Source: Histomonas meleagridis 2922-C6/04-290x
Taxonomy: Eukaryota; Protista; Parabasalia
Length of the DNA stretch: 64,000 nt
NCBI GenBank assembly: GCA_020184695.1
Contig: JAANOX010000227.1
Span: 74,927 to 138,926 of the forward strand
Direction: 5' to 3'
Shown here: positions 25,850-38,890 of the stretch, in pieces
How positions within the stretch are numbered: the first letter of the stretch is position 1
Layout: each line of letters opens with the position of its first letter
The notes under the pieces: model-generated
The model's database searches: none
What the model saw: the letters and a program-made list of their open reading frames with translations, nothing else
Told to the model about the DNA's origin: nothing
Made by a program: the position numbers and the translations under genes

Positions 25850-27568
25850 CATTAATAAATTATGATTCATTATTGCATTAATGGAATAATCTTCTATTAT
25901 AATAATTCCAAGAACAGTGAAACTATGGCAATAACAATTCCTGTAATTGCACTTGGATGAAGCTTTGTACCATTACTATGGCTCAATGGGCATACATCGC
26001 TTATTTTGTTACCCTTGGTAACATTGATCTCTGCAAAAGTGCTTTTAGAATATTCATTTGTTACATAAATAGTTGGACTATCAAATGTTGTATTATAACA
26101 CGATGGTTCATTCTTACCATAGAAGCAAACAATTTCAAGACTCATGCATGAACTAAAAGCATAGTTATCTATCACATTAATGTTCTCTGGAATGATAACT
26201 TTCTTAATGCTATTGCAATTGATAAATGCGCCTAATCCAATCGTTCTTACTGAGCTGGGAATATCAATACTAGAAATCAAAGAACAACCTTCAAATGCAT
26301 ATTCTTGGATTGCTAATATGGTTTTTTTGGAATTACAACATCACCTGATTTTTCCAGAAGGGCAAAAATATTAATTTAGTAATATTTTTTTGTTATATAC
26401 AATTCCGTCATTGTTATAATTGGAGTAATATACATTATTTAGTGAGATGGTTACAGATACTAAATTTGGACAATTTTGAAATGCAAATAGACCAATTGAA
26501 ACCACTGAGTCTGGAATATTGACATTGTGGAACAAACATCCATAAAACTGGAAGTCTTGTAATACTGTGATTGAATTGGGAATACTTAAATTTGTCAACA
26601 AAGAACAATTAATGAACGAAAAAAGACACCAATTGATTTTTACAGAATTGGGGATATTTATATTTGTAATAAGAAAACAATCCTCAAATGCATAATCTTC
26701 AATTAATTGAACAGAACTAGGAATATTAACAATACCTTCTACTGCTGGTGGACATAATATTACTTTTTGATATGTTTTTTTATCATAAACAATTCCATCA
26801 TTATTATAATTCGAATAGATTTCATTATTTTTCAGAGATTTTAATTGCCTTTAATTTTGTGCATGCATCAAATGCAGATTCATTAATTAGGGAAACTGAA
26901 GAAGAAATTTCAATTTGCTCTAAATTTAAACACCTATAAAACGCAAATTCTTGAATTTTTTCAACAGAATCTGGAATTATAACATTTGTTATCTGCCTGC
27001 AATCAGAAAAAAAGAGGAATATCCTATTGATTTTACAGAATTGGGGATATTTATATTTGTAATAAGAAAACAATCCTCAAATGCATAATCTTCAATTAAT
27101 TGAACAGAACTAGGAATATTGACAATACCTTCTACTGCTGATGGACATAATATTACTTTTGATATGTTTTTTTATCATAAACAATTCCATCATTATTATA
27201 ATTCGAATAGATTTCATTATTTTTCAGAGATTTTTAATTGCCTTTAATTTTGTGCATGCATCAAATGCAGATTCATTAATTAAGGAAATTGATATAGGAA
27301 TAATAAGCTGGTCCATAGAACAACCATAAAATGCATAATCTTTAATCGTTGTAACAGATTCACCGATTACTACATTTGTTAATTTGCTCTGATTATAAAA
27401 AAAGCATGGCTATCAATCACAAATACATTGCTCCCAATTTGCAGTTTTGAAAAATGACCAATGGTTTCAATATCATCTCGTGTAATAGTTGAAACATTAA
27501 AGACTTTAAGAGTATCATTTTCGAGAATAAAGTTACAGCATGTGAAAATAGGAAGAAGGTAAAAACAT
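25850..27568 (-). CDS. BspA-like LRR_5 type I membrane protein (Merlin cargo); frameshifts fall in homopolymers
   Basis: ATG at 27568 with a hydrophobic leader; repeats such as IPNSVKSIG..SF..C and IPDSVEKIQEFAFYRC; an internal ~390-bp duplication; C-terminal TM segment AITGIVIAIVSLFL. 3' boundary approximate. Confidence 0.75.
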
Positions 27569-27620
27569 GTATAAAAAAATAAATGCCATCTTTGGCAAAT
27601 TTAAAAATTCAATTGTTCAA

Positions 27621-28016
27621 ATGTTTTTCTTGATCCCTATTATCATTGTTGCCAGACAATCAACAGAAAATAATGAGGAAAACAGTGCTAAGCCAGGACT
27701 TTTAGTTAATGTTAAAGGAGATCTTGATTTCAACGAATTAATAGATCAAATCAGCAAAATAGTAGGTTTCTTGCTAACAGCAAAAAATGAAATTCCAACA
27801 AATGGAGGTGGTAGATTTATTACAGGTGTTGATTCCGGTAATGTTTATGCATTTTATTACCATCCGTCAAAGAGACACAGAGTTTCATGTAGACCAGGAC
27901 ATGGCCAAAGAATTCAACCAAAAGATCCAGTATGGTTTGAGGCAAATGAATGGGCCTATGTTATTCTTAAATCAGCCTGGTATGGAGGTAATCGATGCTG
28001 GTATGATGATGAATAA
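27621..28016 (+). CDS. Secreted lactococcin-972-family bacteriocin-like protein (Merlin cargo)
   Basis: Signal-like MFFLIPIIIVA from ATG 27621. The C-terminal ~70 aa GGGRFITGVDSGNVYAFYYHPSKRHRVSC...EANEWAYV..GGNRCWYD follow the Lcn972 pattern GGxWxxGVxxxxVxSxYYHxxKxHxxT...AGxWA..NxAYY (matched from memory, no search run). ORF intact. Confidence 0.72.
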   Translation: MFFLIPIIIVARQSTENNEENSAKPGLLVNVKGDLDFNELIDQISKIVGFLLTAKNEIPTNGGGRFITGVDSGNVYAFYYHPSKRHRVSCRPGHGQRIQPKDPVWFEANEWAYVILKSAWYGGNRCWYDDE

Positions 28017-29029
28017 ATCTAGATTAAGTGTAAGAACTTCAATCGATTTATTTAATTTTTAATAATTAAATAATTTTTTAAATATATTTTAAAAAAATTT
28101 TTAATATTATTTTTATATTATTTAATGTTTTTTTATAATGTTTTTATGTTATTACCATATAATAATTTAGCTATTTAAAAATATATTATTCGATTTTTTG
28201 ATAAAAAAATGCCATTTTTTTGCTAAAAATGCCATTATAATCCAAAATTTCATCAAAATATTTGCATGTAGGAATACAACAGATTATTTTTAAAATGTAT
28301 ATTGTTGATTGAAAACATGTGTTTTGATCAGAATTATTCTAATATTGAATAAAAAATATTATTTTTTTTTTTTTTTTTATGGAATTGTATGAGAAAATAA
28401 TATAATGATAGCCTAACATAAATTTATGTTATGTACATGCATACAGCTTCATCAAATTTGTGTATTTTCACTTGTTTATTCATGCTTTTTTTTATTATCA
28501 AATGTTTTATCATGTTCATTCATGTTGTTCTATCTTATCTTGTGCTTATTCATGTTTTTTCTCATTATAAAACTTTTTTTCATATTATCTCATTTTGTAT
28601 TAATAATTTTTTATGTTTGTTCACATAATTTCATATTTATTCGTGTTATATAATGTTTATAAATTAATTTTTGAATGTTATCTCATGATTTTTCTATGTT
28701 ATCTCATGTTATATCATATTTATTAATGTTTTTTTCATATTATCTCATGATTTAATATGTTGATTCATGTTTATTCATGTTTTTCATTTTATCTGATATT
28801 TATTTATGATTTTTTTATGTTATCTCATGTTTATTCATTTATATTCTTTTTTTTTCTTGTCATAAAATGTTTATTTATTAATTTTAATATTATCTCATGT
28901 TTGATTTGTTGTTCATTGTTTATTTTCAATGTATTATCTCCATGTTATTCATAATACATGTCATAATAACATATAGTGAAATTTTTTATATTTTTCTATG
29001 AATTGTGTGACATTTTACACTTAATAATT

Positions 29030-29180
29030 CCATGAAAATCCATTTTGTTTATCAATATCAATAGATTTCAAGTTATAACATTCGTCAAATGAAGTTCCAT
29101 CAATGAAAATTACAGAATTAGATACTTATACTGTTGTTAATGCACTTTGTTCATTAAAAGAAAGTTCTTCTATTTCTTAA
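29030..29180 (-). pseudogene. BspA-like LRR remnant inside Merlin
   Basis: Minus-strand translation EIEELSFNEQSALTTV*VSNSVIFIDGTSFDECYNLKSIDID. Confidence 0.5.
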
Positions 29181-30635
29181 ACAGTATCCCCTATAATTAC
29201 TTATGTAAAATAATGATTAATAAATAGCAATTAATATATATAATAATTTATCATTTTTATGTTTCATTATGTTGTCTTCATTTGATTTTTGGTTTATTAT
29301 ATATTGTATATAATAGAAAAAGCAAATGAACAGGAAAAACTATATATATTTCATAAGAATATCAAATAACATATGAAAAACACATTTGAACACCATAAAT
29401 AACATAAGAATATGAATATTTACATTCGTAAACATATTGACTATGTAATTTACAATATATTATGAGGCTTGTTTTTATTGTAAGCTTTGCCGAATAATAA
29501 CCCAATTTTTTGGGCAAGAAAAATAAATTATATATAAATAAAACTATAATATGCTGATGCATTAAATGTCAATATACATATTCTACATAATAAGATAATA
29601 TTTTAAAACTTTTTTCTTACTAACCAGAAATTAGGGTATTTAGATCAATTTATATTTACCCCCTATTCATATATCAATAATATATATTTCGATTTTATGA
29701 ATATATAAATATCTTATTTTTATCATAATATAATTGAATTTATATAAAACACCTTAAAGTTAATGTATCGATTTTTTTGTATAAGAAATTCTCTTAAATG
29801 ATTATATTTTTTTAGATAATTTATGACTATTTACTCAAACAAGTGAAATAACTGCAGTTATAATGTGAAATAAAAAGGGTATTTTTCATCAAGTAGAGTT
29901 GCAAACATAAATTGTTATATAAAAATTAACATTGAGTTACGGATGAGAACCTTATTAGCTGACAACATAATTTAATAACTTTCATACTTTAAATATAACA
30001 TTAGACTTTCATTTGTTATAATATAAATAAAAAACTTCTTTCTAACTTTCATCAATATTTCTCAAAAATTCATTTGAATGTTGTACCATTTCATTTCTTC
30101 TAACAACAGTTAATTTATATGGGATCAGCTTTCGAACATATTCCATATAGTACAAAGCATACTTGAAAACTTTTAAATATATTTTATGTATTGCCTAATA
30201 TTTAAATAATATGTTTTTTGTACTTGCATATGAATATTTTGGAAGGATCTATGTAAATGACTCAATTAAGTTACTGTCGTCCATTTCATTAGTATATCGG
30301 AATAAGTATGATAAATTCACTTTTTTTGCATTTTTTACAAATCATTTTTACTAGATATCAATGATCATAATTTATTCGATTACAAATATATTTAAACAAA
30401 TTATTTTTTTATAAAAATTTAATTGGATTTAAATGATATATATAATCTTTAATTTAATGAGCTATTTATGAAATATTATATGAATTAATTGATTTTGCTG
30501 ATTATAATATTTGATTAATATCGAATTAAACTAATAAATTAAATTTCTTTTTTTATGTATACGCTTTTATTTATTATTCATATTAATAATAATTCAATAT
30601 TGTATGCATTATGCGTTTAATATTTATTTGTTATT

Positions 30636-31595
30636 ATGAATTACAATCAGCCTCAACAATTATCTTTCCCGTTTATCGATAATACTCTCTCTTATTTTTT
30701 TTTTTTTTTTAATGAAGACGCAGCTATTCAATTCGCATTACAGAATGGAGTTATTTATAATCAAATGATGTGTGAAGAATGTAATTTCTATATGCAGATC
30801 TACAGGGATTCTTCAAAAAGGATTTGGATACAAATGGATATGCACAAGATGCCACAAATCAAAAAGTATTTTATATGGAAGTATTTTTTACTCAGCAAAA
30901 ATATCACTTTCTAAGATTTTTTATTTATTATATTGTTGGGTATATAAATATTCATGTAAAGATACTGCGAGAGAAGTAGGAGTGAGCAGAAACACAGTAA
31001 CTTATTATTTTACTTTATTTAGAAATGCATGTGATGCATATGTTTTATCTTTAGAAGGTCTTGTTGTTGGCGGTCCTGATAAAACTGTTCAAATAGATGA
31101 AACTTTAATGTGTCGAAGAAAATATAATGTTGGACGATGTTTAAATCAAGTGTGGATCTTTGGGGGAATTTGTGTGGAAGATAGACAATTCTTTTGTCTT
31201 GTTGTACCTGATCGAACAAGAGAAACATTAGAAGAAGAGATTCGTAATCATATATTACCTGAAACAAAAATAATTTCTGATTGCTGGAAAGCGTATGACT
31301 TTCTTGATGATGACAATGATTACGAGCATGAAACTGTTAATCATTCATGTAATTTTGTTGATCCTGAAACTAAAGCGCACACTCAAATGATAGAAAGACT
31401 TTGGAGGGAACTATTAATAAAAGATATGAAGGAATCCCAGAAAATAAAGTCAATGAACATATATCAGAGTTCATGTGGAGATGGAATGTTATTCACAATA
31501 AGGATCAAATGTTTAGGGCCGCCGTTCAATTAATTGCAGACACAAAGTTTACAAAAGTAATTGATTGCGATGAAGAAGAAGAAAAGTTGGAATAA
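30636..31595 (+). CDS. Merlin/ISXO2-like DDE transposase (two frameshifts)
   Basis: CxxC..CxxC finger, TAREVGVSRNTV HTH, VQIDET, WIFGG, IISDCWKAY, HETVNHS, HTQMIERLWREL, and EFMWRW in the last frame. Confidence 0.9.
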
Positions 31596-31679
31596 GTAAA
31601 AAAATCATATCTTCGATTGTTATGATCATTTTTATTTCTAGAAAATTGAGGATAGAAATATAAATGATATTTTATTATG

Positions 31680-32220
31680 TTATTTAAATATCGATTTGTG
31701 AAGATTTATGTTACAAATTTCGAAATTTCGAAAATTTAATTTTTTAAAAAAATATGTATATATTATCTTTATTTGATGACATATTTTATTATATTATTTA
31801 AATATTGATTTGTTTTAAATTTTTTTGTTACAAATTTTCGAAATTTTGAAAAATTTAATTTTTTTAAAAAAATCTGTATATATTATCTTTATTTGATAAC
31901 ATATCTTGTTATATTGTTTAGATTTTGTTTTTGTTTAAATTTTTTTGTTACAAATTTTCGAAAATTTTTGAAAAATTTAATTTTTTTAAAAAAATCTGTA
32001 TATATTATCTTTATTTGATAACATATCTTTTTATATTGTTTAGATTTTGTTTTGTTTAAATTTTTTGTTACAAATTTCGAAATTTTGAAAATTTAATTTT
32101 TTAAAAATCTGTATATATTATCTTTATTTGATAACATATCTTGTTATATTGTTTAGATTTTTTTTTGTTTAAATATTTTGTTACAAATTTAGAAATTTTG
32201 AAAATTTAATTTTCGAAAAA
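31680..32220. repeat. ~118-bp tandem repeat (~4.5 units) downstream of the Merlin transposase
   Basis: GTTACAAATTT recurs at about 31710, 31827, 31947, 32067 and 32180. Confidence 0.88.
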
Positions 32221-35069
32221 GATCGTCATTAATAAATCCTATATCGTGGTAAACATTAATGTATTATATACACTTTAGTCCTATTAATTGTTTACATTAA
32301 TTTCATATGTAAAAAATCTTCTCAATTTTTAAAAAAATCAAATAAATTCATTAATATAGCTCATTAATAAACTTGACATATGTTAAAAAAACTTCGATAA
32401 AATCTTATTCTATACATAAAAAATCGGCTTTTTCAGGAATAATTAAATTTATAAATTTTTTTCTGATTTCAGATTTCAATCACATTTCTCATGTTTAGTA
32501 ATGTATACATATTTAATCCCTCGAATTTTGTCCAACCAAACATATTGCAATCTTGAAAAATATAATAATTTTCGGTAAAATGATGTTCATTCAATTATTG
32601 AATGATAATTCAATATTTATACAGAAAATTCTGCGTAAAAAGCAGTTAATTCCAAACATTTATTCAAAAAGTGAACATTTTTTTTGAAGAATTAATTATT
32701 ACACACATTCATTTATGAGCGATAATATTATTTTATCTGGTAAATTTTTCATTTTTGTATGAAAAAAATAGTGAAATAATCTATTCTATTTTTAAAAAAT
32801 GTTAGAATATTTTTTGAAATATAAATCTAATGAAATATATAATTTTTAATGACAAAAATTGATATAATTTTAATTTGATAATAATCTTTTTTAAAATCTT
32901 ACCAAAAACACACGGGGATTCAACTTATTTAAAGTCTTATATGTACATGACTGTATATCTTATAATTTTTTCTTAGTTAGCGAGAAAATAAGTGTATAAA
33001 GTTATTGTCATGATGCTAATTGATTTTTATGGCAAATATGAATTTATCGATCATTTGTTGATATGATTAAAATTAGTTCATTTTTTAATCATATTTATAA
33101 TTAATAATCATTAATAAACAGTATATTAATCTTGAAATAGTTCAACATGAAAACATTTTTATTTTAGATCTTAAAAGTCTTCTTTGTAATTATAAATCAC
33201 TTATATATATATATCCATTGAAATTTAACATTATTAAAGATTTTTATAGGTGATTTCACGAACCTTGATCCAGAAAATAATTGTAATTTACAATTTTCAT
33301 AATTGTAGCATAAATATAATTTTCCGAAAAAATCATTTCTAAATATTTTATAGTTTCCCCTCTATAATAATGAATGAAATCTACGCTCTCTTATATATTT
33401 TATTTCAAATTCATTAAGTACAATTACTTTTTATTACATTTCGAGTTACTACTATTTCTTATGCATAATATAAAGAATAAGTTAGGTATCATAATAATTC
33501 ATATAATTATATTAAATTTATACATTTTGTTCATTGATAGATCAAGATAACTTAGAATATTTGAAAAAATTTCATTATTTAAATCATAAGAGAGAGACTA
33601 AATTAAGGTAGAGAAGTCATAATTTATTATAATAAACAAATTAATATAATATTCATATTTAAAAAAAACATATATACTCATTTTTATTAATTTAATTCAT
33701 GCTTTGTTATATTTTTTAATTGACATGTATATTAAGTGTTTTTTTCAATGTTTTCCTATGTTTTTTTTTTTTTCCCCCCCCCCCCCCCAGTTCTTTATGT
33801 TATCTCAACTTTATTCATTTTTATTCTATATTTGATGATGCTATTTCATGCTTATCAAAAAATTAATATATTCCATTCTTTTTTTATCTTGTTAAATTAA
33901 GCTTATTTATGCTTATTCATTTTAATTATGTGTTTTTCTCCTTGCATGTGGTATGAGTGTTATATGTGTTTATGTGCCGGATGATATATATTAAAGAAAA
34001 TAGCTAGGAGATTTGCATAATACTTATTATATGATATTTATATTTAAATAATCTTGGAATAATATATTATTTCTCAAGGAAAATTTTAGTATTACCAAAA
34101 TTGTTTGTAAAAACTAGTCTTTTACGATTATGGAATCGTAAATGGAGCTTTATAGATATTCATTAACATGTTAATATTATTATAAATGATTAAAGGAATA
34201 AAAAAAAGCTAATAAAATTATAATTTTATATACAAATGTCATTAATAAATCTTGTTTTTTTATGAACACAGCCAAATAAGAAATGTTGAAATACCTAATT
34301 CTCTTTATTACAATAGAATAACTTATTTTATAGAATATTATTACATGAAATTATAATACCAAAATCAGCGATGTCAATTTCTCCAAAATATTTTTATCTC
34401 ATATTGTATTATGTTCATATATGTTAAAACCATGCGATTTTTTTCGTGTTGTATTTCATTCGAATAATAGTAAGGAGGGATTTTTAATTATTCTATTTAT
34501 TCACAATAAAGTAAGGACACTTAGTTTGAATAAACTTTATACAGTATTGAATCGAAAATTACTTTAAATGAATTCAAATAATATTGTTATTTCATTTGAT
34601 CTATTATATCTTGTAGCTTATTCACTCATGATTCTTCATGTTTACTTATGTTAATTCAAATTCATTTGTGTTTGTATATATACCTACTCATGTTCATTAA
34701 TGAATGCTATAGTTAATTCATGTTTATTTATTATTCTTTATGTTGTTTTTTTAATAAAAATCTTGACAATTGTTTTTAAAATGAAAAAATCTCAATATTA
34801 ACTGAATATAAAGAAAAATTAATGAAACTTTTAATATATCATATAATTTTAATAAATGTGATAAAGATATTTTTCAACTATTTAATTTTAAGTGAAAATG
34901 ATTATCTATAATAAAAAAAATTCGAATATTTTAATATTTAACAAAAAGCATTAATTATTATATATGTTTTTTGGTTTACAGATCAAAATTATGAATGTGT
35001 ACTGATTTATCAACAAAGCAATATTTTTTTGGTGGCGACCGTTCAAAGTAAAAATCTATTTGGTGACAT

Positions 35070-35263
35070 TTTATAAATTTTCAGAAATTTTTATGTCAAA
35101 AAATGTAGAACATAGAAATCAAATTTGAGAAGGAATATTTTCTCACAAAAATATTATGAATGGGAATTTTTCAATGCTATTCAAAAAATCACGCATAATT
35201 GAAAGGCATTTCCACTTTTTGAAAGGAAGGTATTCAAATTCTCCCATTAGGTTGGAGAGTACC
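35070..35263 (-). repeat. Right TIR of Merlin copy 1
   Basis: Reverse complement of 24256-24448. Confidence 0.92.
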
Positions 35264-35271
35264 TTCTTTTT

Positions 35272-38200
35272 GGACGGAAAAAATTTTTTCGGAGATAAAT
35301 AATTTCGAGATAATTTCTCCAGAAATCATCGATAGTCTATACAGAACACAGCAGGAACACCTCCAGAACGACCACAACACATCTAGAGGTATCATTAGTT
35401 TGAACGGAGAAATTTCGAAAAATGTGATAAATTCACCCATCACAGAATTACTTCAATTTAGCACCTACAACCTTATTCCACCACAAAACACATTCCCATG
35501 TTTGTTTTATCCACTTTGTCAACGAATTTTTTATACATTTTCAGAATGCATCAAACATGCATATATGGAAGAAGAGCATGAACCACAAGAAATCAACCAA
35601 CTAAAACGTTTCTTACCTCACGAACTCACATTATACGCTTGTTTATATGAAAGATTCAAATTCCAAGTCCCAAATATTATCAACAATTTAATACCATTTT
35701 TCATTTTATACTCATGAAGAAGGTTTTGTTATACGTAAATGTCCTTTACCAAATTGTAATTATTTTATTAAAAAAACCCTGATGATTTTTCGGCAGCATT
35801 TCGCCGATCACATAAACCAGTTAAAAATCCTAGATCAATCATTTGCCACTAACGGTTATATTTGGTCGATAATTATTAGTCATGTTAAAATTCGTAACAA
35901 AATCCCTACAGTTAGAGAATTTCTTGGAATTCCTGATACAAATATTTTAATACCAAGAAATGTTATTAGTAACAACTCTAACATTCCAATTTTAATTTTA
36001 TTAAGAAACATTGATTTTAATTTTAATAACTCCCCACCTTGGTTAGGATTAATTAATAGAAACATGGGTTTAACAGTTCCAGTTCTACCAATTCAATTTA
36101 TAGATGGTGGTTTAATTATAGATAATATTGACTTAAACAATATCAATAATATTCCCCAAATTCCTCTGAATAATGACCCTAGAGTCAAAGAAATTACAAA
36201 TAATGGGGAACTAATCAACTGTGAAATATGTGATACGATTCCAATTATTGAAGAAGTAAGTGATGAGTTAATGATTAGAAATGATAAAATAAATGAGTTA
36301 AGAAATAGATTATTATCTTTTATTCTACACATATTAGAGAATAACTTTAGAAACAATTCTGGAAACTATAATCAAGTTCATACAAATGAAGAAGAAGTTA
36401 AAAATCAAAATACCAGAAGTTTCTATTGAGCGTGAAATAATTCCTATTAAAATCCCGGAAACTAAAATTACATTATTTAATCAAGAAATTAATATTCCTG
36501 CCTATTCTATGGCACAAGTGCCAGTTAATATAGAAATCCCTAATTATCAATTAATTCAACGTGACATAGAATATCCCATAGATATACCGAATTATGTTAG
36601 AAATCCAACTACATTCGAAATAGGTATTCCAGACTATCATAAATATCAAGTACCAATTGAAAAACCAGAGTTTAATATAGTTAAAAGTAAGATTGACGTC
36701 CCAGTTGATACACCTAATTTCGTATATAAACCTAAAGATATTTTAATACCTATCGAAAAGCCAAATTATCAATTAGTAGAAAGTAAAATTGATGTTCCAG
36801 TCGAAATCCCAAAGATAGATTTCTATGAAAATCGGATCAAAAATGGATATAGATGTCATGAAATATGATTTTAGAGATATTTCAGTTCCCATAGATATAC
36901 CAAGACCTAATTTCAATATTATACCAAAACAAATCGACATTGAGATACCAGTTCCAAACTTTAGATTTAATAATAATGTAAACTTACAACAACAACAACA
37001 AAATGATCAATTAACATATGAAGGGATTAATCAAGATATTCAAAATATTACTCAAAATTCAAATCATGATAATGAAAATAATGTAAATGTTACACAAGAT
37101 ACAAATAATAATAACAATAATGAAAGAAATAATCATGATAATGAAGAAAATAATAGAGAATTATTACACAAACCAGAAGATTTAATTGAAGAGTTAAGGA
37201 ATGTGAACTCTGAAAAAGATTTAAAAGAAATAATCGATAAATGGACTTCTTATAATATTAATAATATTTCAGATTGGATAGATGATAATAAACCCTTGGA
37301 AGAACATTATATTACAAACTTAATAGTTATTAAAAGGAAATGGCCAGGTGTGAATACATTTGTCTGTCCACATGCATGTGGTTTCGCAACACATTCTAAT
37401 ACATTATTAGATATACATCAAAGAGAAGTTCATAATAAAATATTAAAAGGGAATCAAATATTAGAAACAATTGGATCAATTATTAATAAGAAAACATTTT
37501 GGAAAATTATCACATATGAAAGTAATGGTAATAAAAGGAAAACTTATCGGAAAACTTTATGGAATTGTCCTTGTCCAAGTTGTAAATATGTAGGTGACTT
37601 AAAAAAACAGGATTAGCTAATCATGTTCGAAAAGTTCATCCACAATACAACAAAGATAAGAACATTTATGGTTGGTTTTGGGCAATGATTTTACAATGGG
37701 TCAAGCATCCGTTGAAAAGGAACCCACCAACTATAAAGAAATTGTTCAAGTCCAAAAAGATTAAAGAATGTAATTATTGCAGAGCCATTGGAACCTCAAT
37801 AAATAATATAGGTTTACATGCTAAATCAATGCATGGTGCATCTAGAGTAGAAGGAAATCAAGGAAAATTTGAAGATGCTATTGCTAAATCTTACATTAAT
37901 AAAGAATTAACAGAAGATAAAATTAGATTTATCAAATCTAAATGTAAAGAGAATGAAGATGAAATGGAAAACATTAGAGAAAGAATTAAAAAAGCTGAAG
38001 ATGAACCTATCAATATACAACAACCAGTACAACAAAATCAAATAAATAATAATAATGATGATAATAATAATGAAGAAATAATTAATAGAAGAAGAAAAAG
38101 TGAAGAAAGACAAAGACTAAGAGATAGAAAAATGATTCAAAGAATTGAGAACAATATTATAATCAATCAACAAATAGAAGAAGTTAATAATAATAATGAA

Positions 38201-38890
38201 GAAGAACAACAATCACAAAATCAAAATGAAGAAGAAGAAATTATTCCAAATATTATTATCATTAATAATAATAATCAACCTAATAATTTAGAACAAGAAA
38301 ATTTAGATAATTTATTAAATAAAGCAAAGAAATGAATCAAAAAATGTGAACGAGAAGAATCAAATGGAATCAGTGTACCTAAATGTACAGAGAAGATTAG
38401 AAGATCTTTAAGAAAACCTATAAGTAAATTATTAAAGAATAAAATTATTCCATTAATGAAGAAAATCAAAATTAAAAACAACTATCGAATTAATGATCAA
38501 AAATGGTTTATAATGGAAGTAATTATAGCAAAAATGATTATATCCATTAGAAAAACTATTCGAACAGTTTTAAAGATCCCAATTAACAAAATGTAAAGAA
38601 GACGACCAATTCTAAACAAAAACAATAATAACGAAGAAGAATTAAGAAGAGAAAGAATTAGTTATGAAGAAGAAAGACATATTACAAATCTCATTTCTAA
38701 TATCGAGAAATATTTAGAATGAAATAATCGAGAACAAAATCAAAATATTTTAAATAGTATATCAATCATTAAAGATAAATTAGTAGATATTTTACATAAA
38801 TTAGATGATGATTTTATTAACAGAACATTCGGAGGAAGAAAAATTCAAGATATTAGATCTTTTATAAATGAAGAAGAAGAATTTCGAAAT
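35272..38890 (+). pseudogene. N-terminal half of the retrotransposon ORF (C2H2 fingers, V/I-P-x repeats, N/E-rich linkers)
   Basis: CLFYPLC..H..H, CPLPNC..H..H, CPHAC..H..H, CPCPSC..H..H and CNYC..H..H. Homopolymer frameshifts, plus in-frame stops at 38333-38335 and downstream, in the same frame as the RT ORF. Confidence 0.82.

Larger units (their letters stand above)
24256..35263 (+). mobile_element. Merlin (IS1016/ISXO2-like) DNA transposon with cargo, 11,008 bp
   Basis: Termini GGTACTCTCC...GGAGAGTACC; ~193-bp TIRs; TSD TTCTTTTT at 24248-24255 and 35264-35271. The empty site appears in retroelement copy C (~53487-53494). Internal Merlin transposase. Confidence 0.9.

Noticed and set aside
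28426-28954. Hydrophobic F/I/L/C-rich small ORFs
   Set aside because: They arise from low-complexity T-rich sequence built on TTATCTCATG-like units; no coding signature. The same applies to 60738-61203.
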